Counted from the first letter of the stretch, positions 1 through 7,522 are shown. The stretch is 31,785 nt of DNA from a virus (IMGVR_UViG_3300035235_000031:1-31785), one strand, 5' to 3'. Program-made: numbers and translations. The notes: generated by a model not told the origin, from the letters alone.

Positions 1-329
1 TGTACTTCTACAATGTCTTCGATGAAACGTGAGTACTCGAAGTGACGATCAACAGTAATCTGCAATTCGCCTTCTACGTTTGCTTGGATGTTGACAGCAG
101 TGTCAGCAACCTTAGCAGAAGCAGCACCACGGATAGGCTTAGGGATGTGAATTACATCACCCTTCTTGCCTGTCATTGGAAGCTTCTTGACCAGAGGAGC
201 CATCTTAAGGTTCTTCTGATAGGCAGCAATTACTTCGTCACTCCAGATTTCTGGAATAAAAGTAGCAGCTGCTGTTTTGTTGACGATACTTCCACCGCCA
301 ACCGTACCGGGATAAGTTTGAGTAGCCAT
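1..329 (-). CDS. Major capsid protein, N-terminal ~109 aa (runs off window edge; not in ORF track)
   Basis: Manual translation from ATG at 329: MATQTYPGTVGGGSIVNKTAAATFIPEIWSDEVIAAYQKNLKMAPLV...KKGDVIHIP...ELQITVDRHFEYSRFIEDIVEV. FIPEIWS and GDxIHIP are typical HK97-fold podovirus capsid motifs. AGGAG SD at 340-336. Directly follows the scaffold gene. Confidence 0.9.
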   Translation of the reverse strand, partial: MATQTYPGTVGGGSIVNKTAAATFIPEIWSDEVIAAYQKNLKMAPLVKKLPMTGKKGDVIHIPKPIRGAASAKVADTAVNIQANVEGELQITVDRHFEYSRFIEDIVEV

Positions 330-343
330 TGTAATCTCCTAGA

Positions 344-1141
344 TTATTTTACTCGACCCTCCGCATAAGCTGCCATAATCTCATCGGCTAATGCTGTATA
401 ACGGTCTGGGTCTGTTCTCATAAGTTTAATAACGTCGGCCCTACGATATATTTTTTTTCTTGTTCCTTGATTACTGCCTCGTGCATTACCTGTACTAGCT
501 GCTTTCAGTGTTTGCTTCCGTGCCTGTTTTTCAACATTGGCGGTCTGCTGTGTTACTGCTTTACGCTCTTTCCAGAGAGAAAACAGTTCGTCAGCAGAAT
601 CAGAATCATACTGTTGGTCAGCCGCTACAAATAGCTGAGTCCTAATCTTAGATGCCTTAATCCATTCTGCAAACTTAGGGTCTCCTAATATTGTCTGCAT
701 ATCTGGATGTTTAGCTTGAAGCGTTGCAAGTGACGACTGCTTTTTGTACTCAACAGTGTATTGCTCTGCTTCTCTAATTTTAGGGTGGTTCTCAATTGCA
801 CGATTAACAGCACCTTGTGGATCAGTGAAGTAATCTATATCTTCTTCAGGCTCAACAGTTTGTTGAGGTGCTTGAGTGGGTGTTTGACTACTAATGTAAT
901 CATCGACCACTTTACGAAGTTCTCCTACCTCACCGGACTGACGACCTAAAAGCTTTTCAGCTTCTTGGTGCATCTGTACGACTTCTTCTAAAGATTTACC
1001 TTGGTACTTCTCTGGAATGGTAGACTGCTCTTGAGGTTGTTCAGCTTCTTCTTCTACGTACTGAGTCTCATTTGCTTCTTCGTTTATATCGTCCGCGTTT
1101 TCCACTTCGGGTTGCGGGTCAACTAATGTTGCTCTTGACAT
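344..1141 (-). CDS. Capsid scaffolding protein
   Basis: Acidic disordered N-terminus, PEKYQGKS..EVV.MHQEAEKLLGRQ..EVGELRK motif, helical composition, C-terminal EIMAAYAEGRVK. Located immediately upstream of the capsid gene. Confidence 0.8.
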   Translation of the reverse strand: MSRATLVDPQPEVENADDINEEANETQYVEEEAEQPQEQSTIPEKYQGKSLEEVVQMHQEAEKLLGRQSGEVGELRKVVDDYISSQTPTQAPQQTVEPEEDIDYFTDPQGAVNRAIENHPKIREAEQYTVEYKKQSSLATLQAKHPDMQTILGDPKFAEWIKASKIRTQLFVAADQQYDSDSADELFSLWKERKAVTQQTANVEKQARKQTLKAASTGNARGSNQGTRKKIYRRADVIKLMRTDPDRYTALADEIMAAYAEGRVK

Positions 1142-1176
1142 TACTAATCTCCGTGATTATAATCATTATGGAGTTA

Positions 1177-1386
1177 TTATTTATTACCTGCTTTTTCGTG
1201 TTCCCTAGTCCATTTAATGTGTGCTCCGGGGAATGAACCATCGGAACCATTAAGGTGGAAAGACGGGGCAGATACCATTTTTGTAGCGTTAGCACCACAA
1301 CCGCACCTACTGGTTGTAGTACCTGACGTTACAAATTCTTCAAAGACATGCCCGTTAGTGCAACGGAAGTCGTATACTTTAAACAT
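1177..1386 (-). CDS. FmdB-like zinc-ribbon small protein
   Basis: YDFRCxxGHxFE...CxCG...KMVSAPSF pattern of the FmdB/CxxC_CxxC_SSSS family. Confidence 0.7.
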   Translation of the reverse strand: MFKVYDFRCTNGHVFEEFVTSGTTTSRCGCGANATKMVSAPSFHLNGSDGSFPGAHIKWTREHEKAGNK

Positions 1387-1633
1387 TTACAGGGTCTTCA
1401 TCTTCAGCTTCTGCTTGATCGCGAGCAGCCTCGATAGTTCCTTGTAGGTTTATTACAGTAGCAAAAGCAGAGACTTGACCTTTACGGAAATGTAAATCTT
1501 CCAGATCTTTAACTGTCTGTATGTCTGCTAGTTGCTGTGCATTAGTGGAAAGCTCTTGTACGAGTTGTTTGAAACCTTCATGGTTGAAGAGTTCGTTGTA
1601 ATTATTAAAATAAGTTTCAAGCTCGGGAGTCAT
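1379..1633 (-). CDS. Hypothetical phage protein (84 aa)
   Basis: GAGG SD, directly downstream of a consensus promoter, overlaps the start of the next gene. Confidence 0.75.
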   Translation of the reverse strand: MTPELETYFNNYNELFNHEGFKQLVQELSTNAQQLADIQTVKDLEDLHFRKGQVSAFATVINLQGTIEAARDQAEAEDEDPVNV

Positions 1634-1664
1634 GTTTTCCTCTGTTATTATATTATATAGTTAT

Positions 1665-1693
1665 ATTATACCACACTTTTATGCATTTGTCAA
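1665..1693 (-). promoter_or_regulatory. Consensus sigma-70 promoter driving the scaffold/capsid genes
   Basis: Minus strand TTGACA(1693-1688)-17 bp-TATAAT(1670-1665) with extended -10 TG. Confidence 0.9.
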
Positions 1694-1944
1694 GCCTTTT
1701 TTGTAGTCTTTCTTCTACGGCCTGATGCAGTGACTGCGTGTTTAATTTTAGATGGTCCTGTCTTGCGTTTAGAAGAAGACTTCTTTTCTGCTGCTGTCAT
1801 CTTAGATGCTACAGCTTTAGGCCGACAAGACGGATAAGGACGTTTACTTTTACTAGCAGACTTACGTCCACACTCCTTACCTGTTTTAACGTCTACCCAG
1901 TCTTCTTTAAACCATTTAGTTAATCCTCCTTTGGCTTTACTCAT
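1690..1944 (-). CDS. Small basic protein (GLTKWFKEDWVDV..CGR..YPSCRP; DUF5872-like C-terminal half)
   Basis: Lys/Arg-rich. Start placed at ATG 1944, which overlaps the upstream stop (ATGAGTAA). Family recalled from motif, not searched. Confidence 0.7.
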   Translation of the reverse strand: MSKAKGGLTKWFKEDWVDVKTGKECGRKSASKSKRPYPSCRPKAVASKMTAAEKKSSSKRKTGPSKIKHAVTASGRRRKTTKKA

Positions 1945-2092
1945 AAGTACCACCACGTTTCTTGTACTCTTTAGTTAACCATCCAGAAGCATAAGCACTG
2001 GGCCAAACCTTATACTTTCGTTTAGCTTCTGCTTTTACTCGTGCATAGAGTGCTTTGTTTTTAGGTTTAGGACTATTTTTTGCCTTTGCCAT
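1937..2092 (-). CDS. 51-aa basic protein (PSAYASGWLTKEYKKRGGTY; DUF5872-like N-terminal half); not in ORF track
   Basis: Manual translation MAKAKNSPKPKNKALYARVKAEAKRKYKVWPSAYASGWLTKEYKKRGGTYE*. Fills the gap between neighbours with overlapping start/stop. Confidence 0.8.
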   Translation of the reverse strand: MAKAKNSPKPKNKALYARVKAEAKRKYKVWPSAYASGWLTKEYKKRGGTYE

Positions 2093-2336
2093 TTTTCACT
2101 CTCTTAACAGCAGCCTTCATCTTAGCGTCCATTTTCTTGTTACGCATTTGCTCTGCCATTTTCTTTTGCATAGCAGGACTAGGTGTCATGTTCTTTTCTC
2201 TTTTGTTTGCGTCCCTAATACGAGCTTCTACTTCTTCTTGAGTAATTCGCTTTACGGGCTTTTTTGCTTTAGTCGCCGCTTTCTTTTTAGGGGGACGACC
2301 TACTTTACTTCCGTATGTTCCTTTTCCTTGTGGCAT
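2073..2336 (-). CDS. 87-aa Lys-rich protein (MPQGKGTYGSKVGRPPKKK...)
   Basis: GGAGAG SD upstream of ATG 2336. The longer track start (2534) would overlap the upstream gene. Contains an AT-hook-like GRP. Confidence 0.75.
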   Translation of the reverse strand: MPQGKGTYGSKVGRPPKKKAATKAKKPVKRITQEEVEARIRDANKREKNMTPSPAMQKKMAEQMRNKKMDAKMKAAVKRVKNGKGKK

Positions 2337-2346
2337 ATTACTCTCC

Positions 2347-2631
2347 TTACCATTTAGATTTATTAGCCCAATAAGCGGCTGACATCTTTCCTTTTGAAAT
2401 GTTCTTAGCGTGTCTTGCCTTGAACGACTTACGTCTTGCTTTTTCTTTTGCAGTAGTAGGATTTTTACCTGCACCGCTAATACCTTGCTGTCCGTATCGA
2501 ATAGTCTTAACTTTATCGCCTTCCTTAGCAACAACTACATGAGACTTCTTAGGATGGTTAGGTGTCCGCTTTGGTTTGTTAAACCCGCTTACTCCTGCTC
2601 GTGCTAGTCTTGGGTCTTTCTTTGCTGGCAT
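2347..2631 (-). CDS. 94-aa basic phage protein (KTIRYGQQG...RRKSFKARH...SAAYW)
   Basis: ATG overlaps the portal stop (TAATG), GGAGG SD upstream, very basic composition. Confidence 0.8.
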   Translation of the reverse strand: MPAKKDPRLARAGVSGFNKPKRTPNHPKKSHVVVAKEGDKVKTIRYGQQGISGAGKNPTTAKEKARRKSFKARHAKNISKGKMSAAYWANKSKW

Positions 2632-2764
2632 TAGATAATTCCTCCACCTTGGTTTCCAGTTGGTTCAGCTGGTCCTCTAGGACTTTGAGGCGCTGGAACG
2701 TCCCTTTGAAGTGGTCGTTGACTTGGTCCAGCAGGGACTGCATTTCTTTTTGCGTTATTAACAT
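2579..2764 (-). CDS. Possible overprinted 61-aa coiled-coil protein
   Basis: Heptad pattern (LKVLEDQLNQLETKVEEL) and GAAGGT upstream. Lies within the portal 3' end, in another frame. Confidence 0.45.
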   Translation of the reverse strand: MLITQKEMQSLLDQVNDHFKGTFQRLKVLEDQLNQLETKVEELSNASKERPKTSTSRSKRV

Positions 2765-4685
2765 TAGTCTTACCTTCTATTGCTTTTTCTTTGAGGAGAG
2801 TATCAGCCACTTTCATACGGCGTTCAAACTCTTTATCTTCAGCATCACCTTCACGAAGGTTTCGGGTGATAGCATTGATCTTATCTATTTCTAGTTCTTG
2901 CGGTACAGCTTGAGCTTCAGCGGCTAACTTAGCGGCTCTAGCTTGTGACTCTTGAGCCTGTGCAGACAGCGCTTGAGTTTGTGACTGCTGGAACTGCATC
3001 TGTAGTTGTTGTGCTTGTTGTTGCATTTGCTGTGCTTGAGGGTTAGGCTGAGAAGCTTGAGCAAGAGCTGCAACCAGTTCTTCACGGTTAGACAAGTTCA
3101 TGTTGTCAACAACAGACTGTATTAGTGTATTGTACAACGGAGACTCTTTACCCATAGTCTGTAACAACTGTACAAGCTGAGTTACTTCGTATTCTCTTGC
3201 AATAATACCAAGAGTACTACTAGCATTAAATTTGTAATCAGCAACAGGGTAGTTTTCTGGATCAAACTGCATGTAACGATACGCTGCTTTCTTAACAAAA
3301 GGTATCAAGAAAGATTGTTGGAAGTTAATTAGTGTGCGTTTATGACGTTTAATAATAGCGCCAAGAGACATACTAATACCAGCGGCAGTACTCTCGCCGT
3401 TAACCTGACCTGCAATTCCTGCTGAGTCAACGGCTCCTGTTGCTTGCTGTACCATCTGCTGCAAGGCTCCGGCCTGAGCAAAAGTGATTTGATTAACTTG
3501 CCCAAAGTTGAAAGGCTGTAAAACTTCACGAGGGTCTCCGCTTGTTAAAATTATCTTACCGGGTCTTACTTCTGGCTTAGAGCCTCTAGGTAAGCGCGTA
3601 GCATCCATAGCCATCATTGGGTGGATTGTTAAGCTTAATGCATCAATACGAGCACGTAACTCAGTGTCAAGGGCTTTTTGGCTGTTGTAGCCCTTTTCAC
3701 ATACACCACGACCCCAGAAGCGTCCGGGTACTACGTCCCAAGGAAACGCAACAACAGGACGGTCTTCCATCATATAAGGATTAGCTTCTGCTTTTAGTAA
3801 CGTACCCCCGTTAGCAATCACTACAACGGCTTCTACGTACTTTGAATCAGACCCTTCCTCCTGTACTAGTTCTTCTACATCGTCGCTCATAGCGGAATCT
3901 AGAAGCTCTCGTGGCACTAAACCATAGTACTTAGTAAGACGTACCTTGTCGTCACTGTAAACAGTTAGGTCTTGGTCAGGTTCTAGGTCTGTATCAGGAG
4001 CGGCGTTACCAACATAAACATTCTTATATACTCCTTGTTCTTGTAGTAGTTCTACATGATGACTACTTACAAACTCATCAATAGCAACACCCATAGCGTC
4101 TTCTATAGATGTTGCTACAGGATCGATTAAGAAGTTTTGAGGCAGTACAGGTTTAAGTTTTACAACGACACGTTCAGTAATGTTAACACCGACGGCTTGT
4201 AGATCACCTCCCATAATAGGTTGAGTTGCGGGAACCATTTCCTTCATTTCTTCAATAACAATTTCACCAATGCCTGTACCAAACACTGCTGAGTTAATGA
4301 GACATTCTGCAACGGCTTTACGTACCATACAGTTTTCAAAGTCTTCCGTAAGTTTGTTACGCAGGAACTGTACGTCTTGTTTGTCAGTGTCACCAAAGTT
4401 ATCACTAACGTCAAACCACTTACCACGTCCAAACGTCGCTTCTTCTAACTCAGCAACATTAGACTCAACTGCCTGTTGAAGTGCAGGAGAAATAATACGG
4501 GAACGCTCAGACCCACGCTCACTGTCAGCAGGATCCCATTGACCACGCCATAATCTATAATATTCTTCAAATTTCTGTTCATAATTGCTTTCGTAGTTAT
4601 CCCTCCAATTTTCACATTTGTTTATAACCCAATCTTCTAGAGACTCTTGGATCATCAATGGATCTTGTTCATATAGTTCAGTCAT
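2631..4685 (-). CDS. Portal (head-tail connector) protein
   Basis: 684 aa, follows TerL. RSRIISP, FGTGIGEI, NFLIDPVA and PGRFWGRGV motifs. Q-rich C-terminal helical region like the P22 portal barrel. Confidence 0.9.
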   Translation of the reverse strand: MTELYEQDPLMIQESLEDWVINKCENWRDNYESNYEQKFEEYYRLWRGQWDPADSERGSERSRIISPALQQAVESNVAELEEATFGRGKWFDVSDNFGDTDKQDVQFLRNKLTEDFENCMVRKAVAECLINSAVFGTGIGEIVIEEMKEMVPATQPIMGGDLQAVGVNITERVVVKLKPVLPQNFLIDPVATSIEDAMGVAIDEFVSSHHVELLQEQGVYKNVYVGNAAPDTDLEPDQDLTVYSDDKVRLTKYYGLVPRELLDSAMSDDVEELVQEEGSDSKYVEAVVVIANGGTLLKAEANPYMMEDRPVVAFPWDVVPGRFWGRGVCEKGYNSQKALDTELRARIDALSLTIHPMMAMDATRLPRGSKPEVRPGKIILTSGDPREVLQPFNFGQVNQITFAQAGALQQMVQQATGAVDSAGIAGQVNGESTAAGISMSLGAIIKRHKRTLINFQQSFLIPFVKKAAYRYMQFDPENYPVADYKFNASSTLGIIAREYEVTQLVQLLQTMGKESPLYNTLIQSVVDNMNLSNREELVAALAQASQPNPQAQQMQQQAQQLQMQFQQSQTQALSAQAQESQARAAKLAAEAQAVPQELEIDKINAITRNLREGDAEDKEFERRMKVADTLLKEKAIEGKTNVNNAKRNAVPAGPSQRPLQRDVPAPQSPRGPAEPTGNQGGGII

Positions 4686-4686
4686 A

Positions 4687-5940
4687 TCAGTATCCTGCTA
4701 CAATATCTAAAATTTCAGGCTCGTCGAACTCTATGTCCCCTATACCGTAAGGAACATTAGCTAGTTGCTCTATGTACGCAAGCGAGTCAACTAAATCGTC
4801 ATGCGTCAATGGATCAGGAAACTGAAACAGTTGATCAAGAAATCTACTGTTCCATTCGCCTTTGTTTAAGGTAATGGTGTTGTTTTCAAACCTGCCTTGT
4901 AACGCCCACATTACCCTGTCTGTTTTCTTTTTGTTACCGTGCGTTAACTCTTGAATTCTAAAAAACTGTGCGTACTTTTTTTGTAAATTAACAAGGGGAG
5001 ACATAACTGCCTGTTTTGCAATTCCCCTTTCGATGCCAACAGAAATAGGGCGGTAATCACGCACAGCTTGGAAGATCTTGACGGCTGTTTCATCTAATGT
5101 CCAACGACCATATATAATGTTCTCTACGAACCAATCTCCGTTGTCTCCTACTTTAACTACAGATATAGCAGTCTCATCAAGTTTGGCATTCTTTGTACGT
5201 TTCTTGCCTACTTCTTCAAAACCCGCCAAGTCGATTGCAATGTAGTAGTCACCTTCGTCAGGCTCTTCTCCAAAACTAACCCAGTCTTCTTTGAACATCT
5301 CCGAACCACGGGCTTCAAACGACGCCATAAATTCCTGGCGAAACGCATAAGAAGACATAGACCTTTTAGCAATATCGATTTCATCCGGATCAAGAATAGG
5401 ATTATCGTAAGAAGTAAAGTGCCAAGCCTTGTAAGTCGGATCATCATCTAGCTCCGCATATTTGTACAATTCATAAAAATGGTTACGACCCATCGGTGTA
5501 CCAATGAACATTGCACAGCCTTTTTGGTCAGCCAACGCAGGTCTTAGGATTTGTTCAAACACGTCAGGTTTCATATCTGCGTATTCATCTAGAACAAGGA
5601 ACTTTAACGACACCCCACGCATTGTCTCTGGTCTATCAGCCCCTTTGAGGCTAATGGTTGCTCCATTGACCAGCTTGATTTGTAAATTATTGATGTGGCT
5701 ACCAGAGATAACAGGATTACCAAGCTCAAGGAGAGTCTGCCACATGATGTCTCGTGCTTGTCCTTGTGTCGGCGCAACATAAAATACATGTCCTCTATCT
5801 GCTTGCAGTGCATTAACAATTAACATCCATGCAGCAAGTCTGGACTTACCCGTACGTCTTCCTGCTGCAACTATTTTAAATCGTGTGTCGTCTGCCCAGA
5901 CATCTTGTTGCCAAGGCAGTAGTTCTATATTAAGATCCAT
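4687..5940 (-). CDS. terL: Terminase large subunit
   Basis: Walker A AGRRTGKS, YVAPT, Walker B LVLDE, coupling motif IGTP, nuclease IDLAG...HDDLVD. Confidence 0.95.
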   Translation of the reverse strand: MDLNIELLPWQQDVWADDTRFKIVAAGRRTGKSRLAAWMLIVNALQADRGHVFYVAPTQGQARDIMWQTLLELGNPVISGSHINNLQIKLVNGATISLKGADRPETMRGVSLKFLVLDEYADMKPDVFEQILRPALADQKGCAMFIGTPMGRNHFYELYKYAELDDDPTYKAWHFTSYDNPILDPDEIDIAKRSMSSYAFRQEFMASFEARGSEMFKEDWVSFGEEPDEGDYYIAIDLAGFEEVGKKRTKNAKLDETAISVVKVGDNGDWFVENIIYGRWTLDETAVKIFQAVRDYRPISVGIERGIAKQAVMSPLVNLQKKYAQFFRIQELTHGNKKKTDRVMWALQGRFENNTITLNKGEWNSRFLDQLFQFPDPLTHDDLVDSLAYIEQLANVPYGIGDIEFDEPEILDIVAGY

Positions 5941-6283
5941 TAAAGTTGTTAAACACCGCTGGTGCTTCTAACAAGTCAAAGGTAACTACTACTTCTACAT
6001 TTCCTGAACCACTTGTAGACGCTTTAATAATGTCTCCCGGTTGTAGTACAAACACCGCATTACCGTCAATCAAAAGGTTTTCTTTAGACGATATGTTAGT
6101 ACCGTTGTAAATATACACGTCTGCTGTTGGGCTAGGCTTGTCTACAAACAACGTAATACTATTGGTAGAGTTATGCAGGTTAGCAATAAAAGCCATACTC
6201 CAGTGTGCTACGTACCCAGCAGGAATAGTAACAATCGTTTGCGTACTGGTGTCCGTTAGGTTCTTGTTTTTTGTATACAGCAT
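5930..6283 (-). CDS. Small beta-rich hypothetical (possibly virion) protein
   Basis: Start at ATG 6283 overlapping the endolysin stop (TAATG). Alternating beta pattern with LQPGDIIKA. Confidence 0.65.
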   Translation of the reverse strand: MLYTKNKNLTDTSTQTIVTIPAGYVAHWSMAFIANLHNSTNSITLFVDKPSPTADVYIYNGTNISSKENLLIDGNAVFVLQPGDIIKASTSGSGNVEVVVTFDLLEAPAVFNNFNGS

Positions 6284-6633
6284 TAGTATACCCACATCAC
6301 AGGAGTAGTGCCACGGGTGTCAACATGGACAAAGTCAGGAGCAATACCTATTCCTGTAAATCCTAGCTCAATAGCCTTTGTTACTATCTTAAGGCGAAAC
6401 ACGGCGTTTGTTATTTTTATATCCGCCGCGATGCCTTGGGCGTGACATCCGGGTACGTCTTTCTTAGCCTCTATCGGATGCTCAGTTGGGTCTCTGTACC
6501 CACTGGTGATAGTGAAAGGAAACCCACACGCCTCTCTTAACTCATCCATCTTCTCTAGGAAGTCTTTCTCCATGTTGTTATGCCCAGTAACCTGACAATT
6601 AAACTCTGAAGGGTCAAAATGCTTAAGATTCAT
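6283..6633 (-). CDS. Peptidase M15A-family endolysin (Zn peptidoglycan peptidase)
   Basis: F..SEFxC, ITSGYR, HxxGxAAD and FVHVD motifs. Confidence 0.9.
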   Translation of the reverse strand: MNLKHFDPSEFNCQVTGHNNMEKDFLEKMDELREACGFPFTITSGYRDPTEHPIEAKKDVPGCHAQGIAADIKITNAVFRLKIVTKAIELGFTGIGIAPDFVHVDTRGTTPVMWVY

Positions 6634-7000
6634 CTACTACTTCTCCTTCAATGATTGTAGGTTGCTCAACATCAACCGCACCAACACCGCTAATGTTAAT
6701 CTGAATGGCGTTACGTCCACCATCTTTAACAATATCCTTCTCAAAAGCCGCAACAGGAAGGATTCTATCCATAACTAACTTCCACGCTGCTGACTGGTTC
6801 TTGTTTTCTGGGTCTAATGCTGCATCAAATATTGCATCCATTACGGCGCGGGAGCGGGGCGAGTTTAACATCCTTGCCTTATACTCATTAATGATCGCTG
6901 CATCACCCTTTGGGCGTCCAACAGACTTTCTATTTCCTTTCGCCTTACTAGAAACAGAAGTTCTTTTGGGTCTGCCTACAGGATTCTTTTTCTTTTCCAT
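6623..7000 (-). CDS. Putative terminase small subunit
   Basis: First gene of the late arm. Basic N-terminus with two GRPK motifs, helical core (QSAAWKLVMDRILP), C-terminal beta strand IQINISG. Two genes upstream of TerL. Confidence 0.6.
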   Translation of the reverse strand: MEKKKNPVGRPKRTSVSSKAKGNRKSVGRPKGDAAIINEYKARMLNSPRSRAVMDAIFDAALDPENKNQSAAWKLVMDRILPVAAFEKDIVKDGGRNAIQINISGVGAVDVEQPTIIEGEVVDES

Positions 7001-7115
7001 TGTATAGGCTCTACCTAGTTTGCTTTCTGGTTTGTTATCTATACTTGTGGGTAATATGCACTAGTACTTAGTCTTAATGCATCGTACTTTCCGCTATAGT
7101 TCTATATATACATAT

Positions 7116-7144
7116 ATTATAGCATACTTTTACTCATTTGTCAA
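7116..7144 (-). promoter_or_regulatory. Consensus sigma-70 promoter for the packaging/lysis operon
   Basis: Minus strand TTGACA(7144-7139)-17 bp-TATAAT(7121-7116) with extended -10 TG. Confidence 0.9.
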
Positions 7145-7168
7145 CCCCTGTAGGGTAAAAACATTGTA

Positions 7169-7205
7169 TTTACAGCACAGATTCTGTGATTTTACAGTGC
7201 AGATT
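7169..7205. repeat. Direct repeat TTTACAGnnCAGATT x2 (22-bp period) with embedded palindrome CACAGA-T-TCTGTG
   Basis: TTTACAGCACAGATT at 7169-7183, TTTACAGTGCAGATT at 7191-7205, palindrome at 7176-7188. Confidence 0.7.
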
Positions 7206-7228
7206 ACCTATATAACTAGAAGTTCTAG

Positions 7229-7241
7229 TAAATCTTTGATA
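7229..7241 (-). promoter_or_regulatory. IHF consensus site
   Basis: Minus strand TATCAA-AGAT-TTA matches WATCAANNNNTTR, in an AT-rich context. Confidence 0.55.
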
Positions 7242-7348
7242 TATAACGCAAAGTACTATTAGTAACGCTTTCCAATTTAGCTCTTTTTTGTGGCTGAGTA
7301 GCTACTACTACGTAACGCTGTATAGTATGCGGCCCCCCGGTGTAGTTT

Positions 7349-7383
7349 TTGGCATGGATATTGCTATTGGCACGGTAATTGCG
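7349..7383 (+). promoter_or_regulatory. Two tandem sigma-54 (RpoN) -24/-12 consensus sites
   Basis: TTGGCATGGATATTGCT (7349-7365) and TTGGCACGGTAATTGCG (7367-7383). Both have GG-N10-GC spacing and match YTGGCAYRNNNNTTGC. Confidence 0.7.
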
Positions 7384-7445
7384 TGTTGACATGAGGGCTG
7401 TGATGTGCTGGTGCGTGAGTCGGTGAAGGTACTCCATAGGTCTAG

Positions 7446-7461
7446 ATTAACTGGAGTTAAT
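7446..7461. promoter_or_regulatory. Palindromic box ATTAACT-GG-AGTTAAT, copy 1 (abuts -35)
   Basis: Exact 16-mer, directly followed by TTGACA. Confidence 0.85.
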
Positions 7462-7490
7462 TTGACACATAAACCGATATAAACGATAAT
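7462..7490 (+). promoter_or_regulatory. Sigma-70 early promoter
   Basis: TTGACA(7462-7467)-17 bp-GATAAT(7485-7490). Confidence 0.85.
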
Positions 7491-7522
7491 GATCTCAGTC
7501 GGGGCAATAACGCACCGGCGTA

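Noticed and set aside
42-368. 108-aa + strand ORF in the track
   Set aside because: Antisense shadow of the major capsid gene, which has an SD and recognisable motifs on the minus strand.
2337-2534. Upstream extension of the 153-aa ORF 2073..2534
   Set aside because: Overlaps the 94-aa gene; a good SD supports the start at 2336.
7386-7414. TTGACA at 7386 as another sigma-70 promoter
   Set aside because: No -10-like hexamer at 16-18 bp spacing.
7077-7437. Short ORFs 7077..7262 (+) and 7225..7437 (-)
   Set aside because: They run through promoters and repeats in the control region, with no convincing SD or protein-like features.
7446-7461. Palindromic box as a CsrA/RsmA site
   Set aside because: GGA is in a loop, but the context CUGGAG does not match the ANGGA consensus, so it was not asserted.
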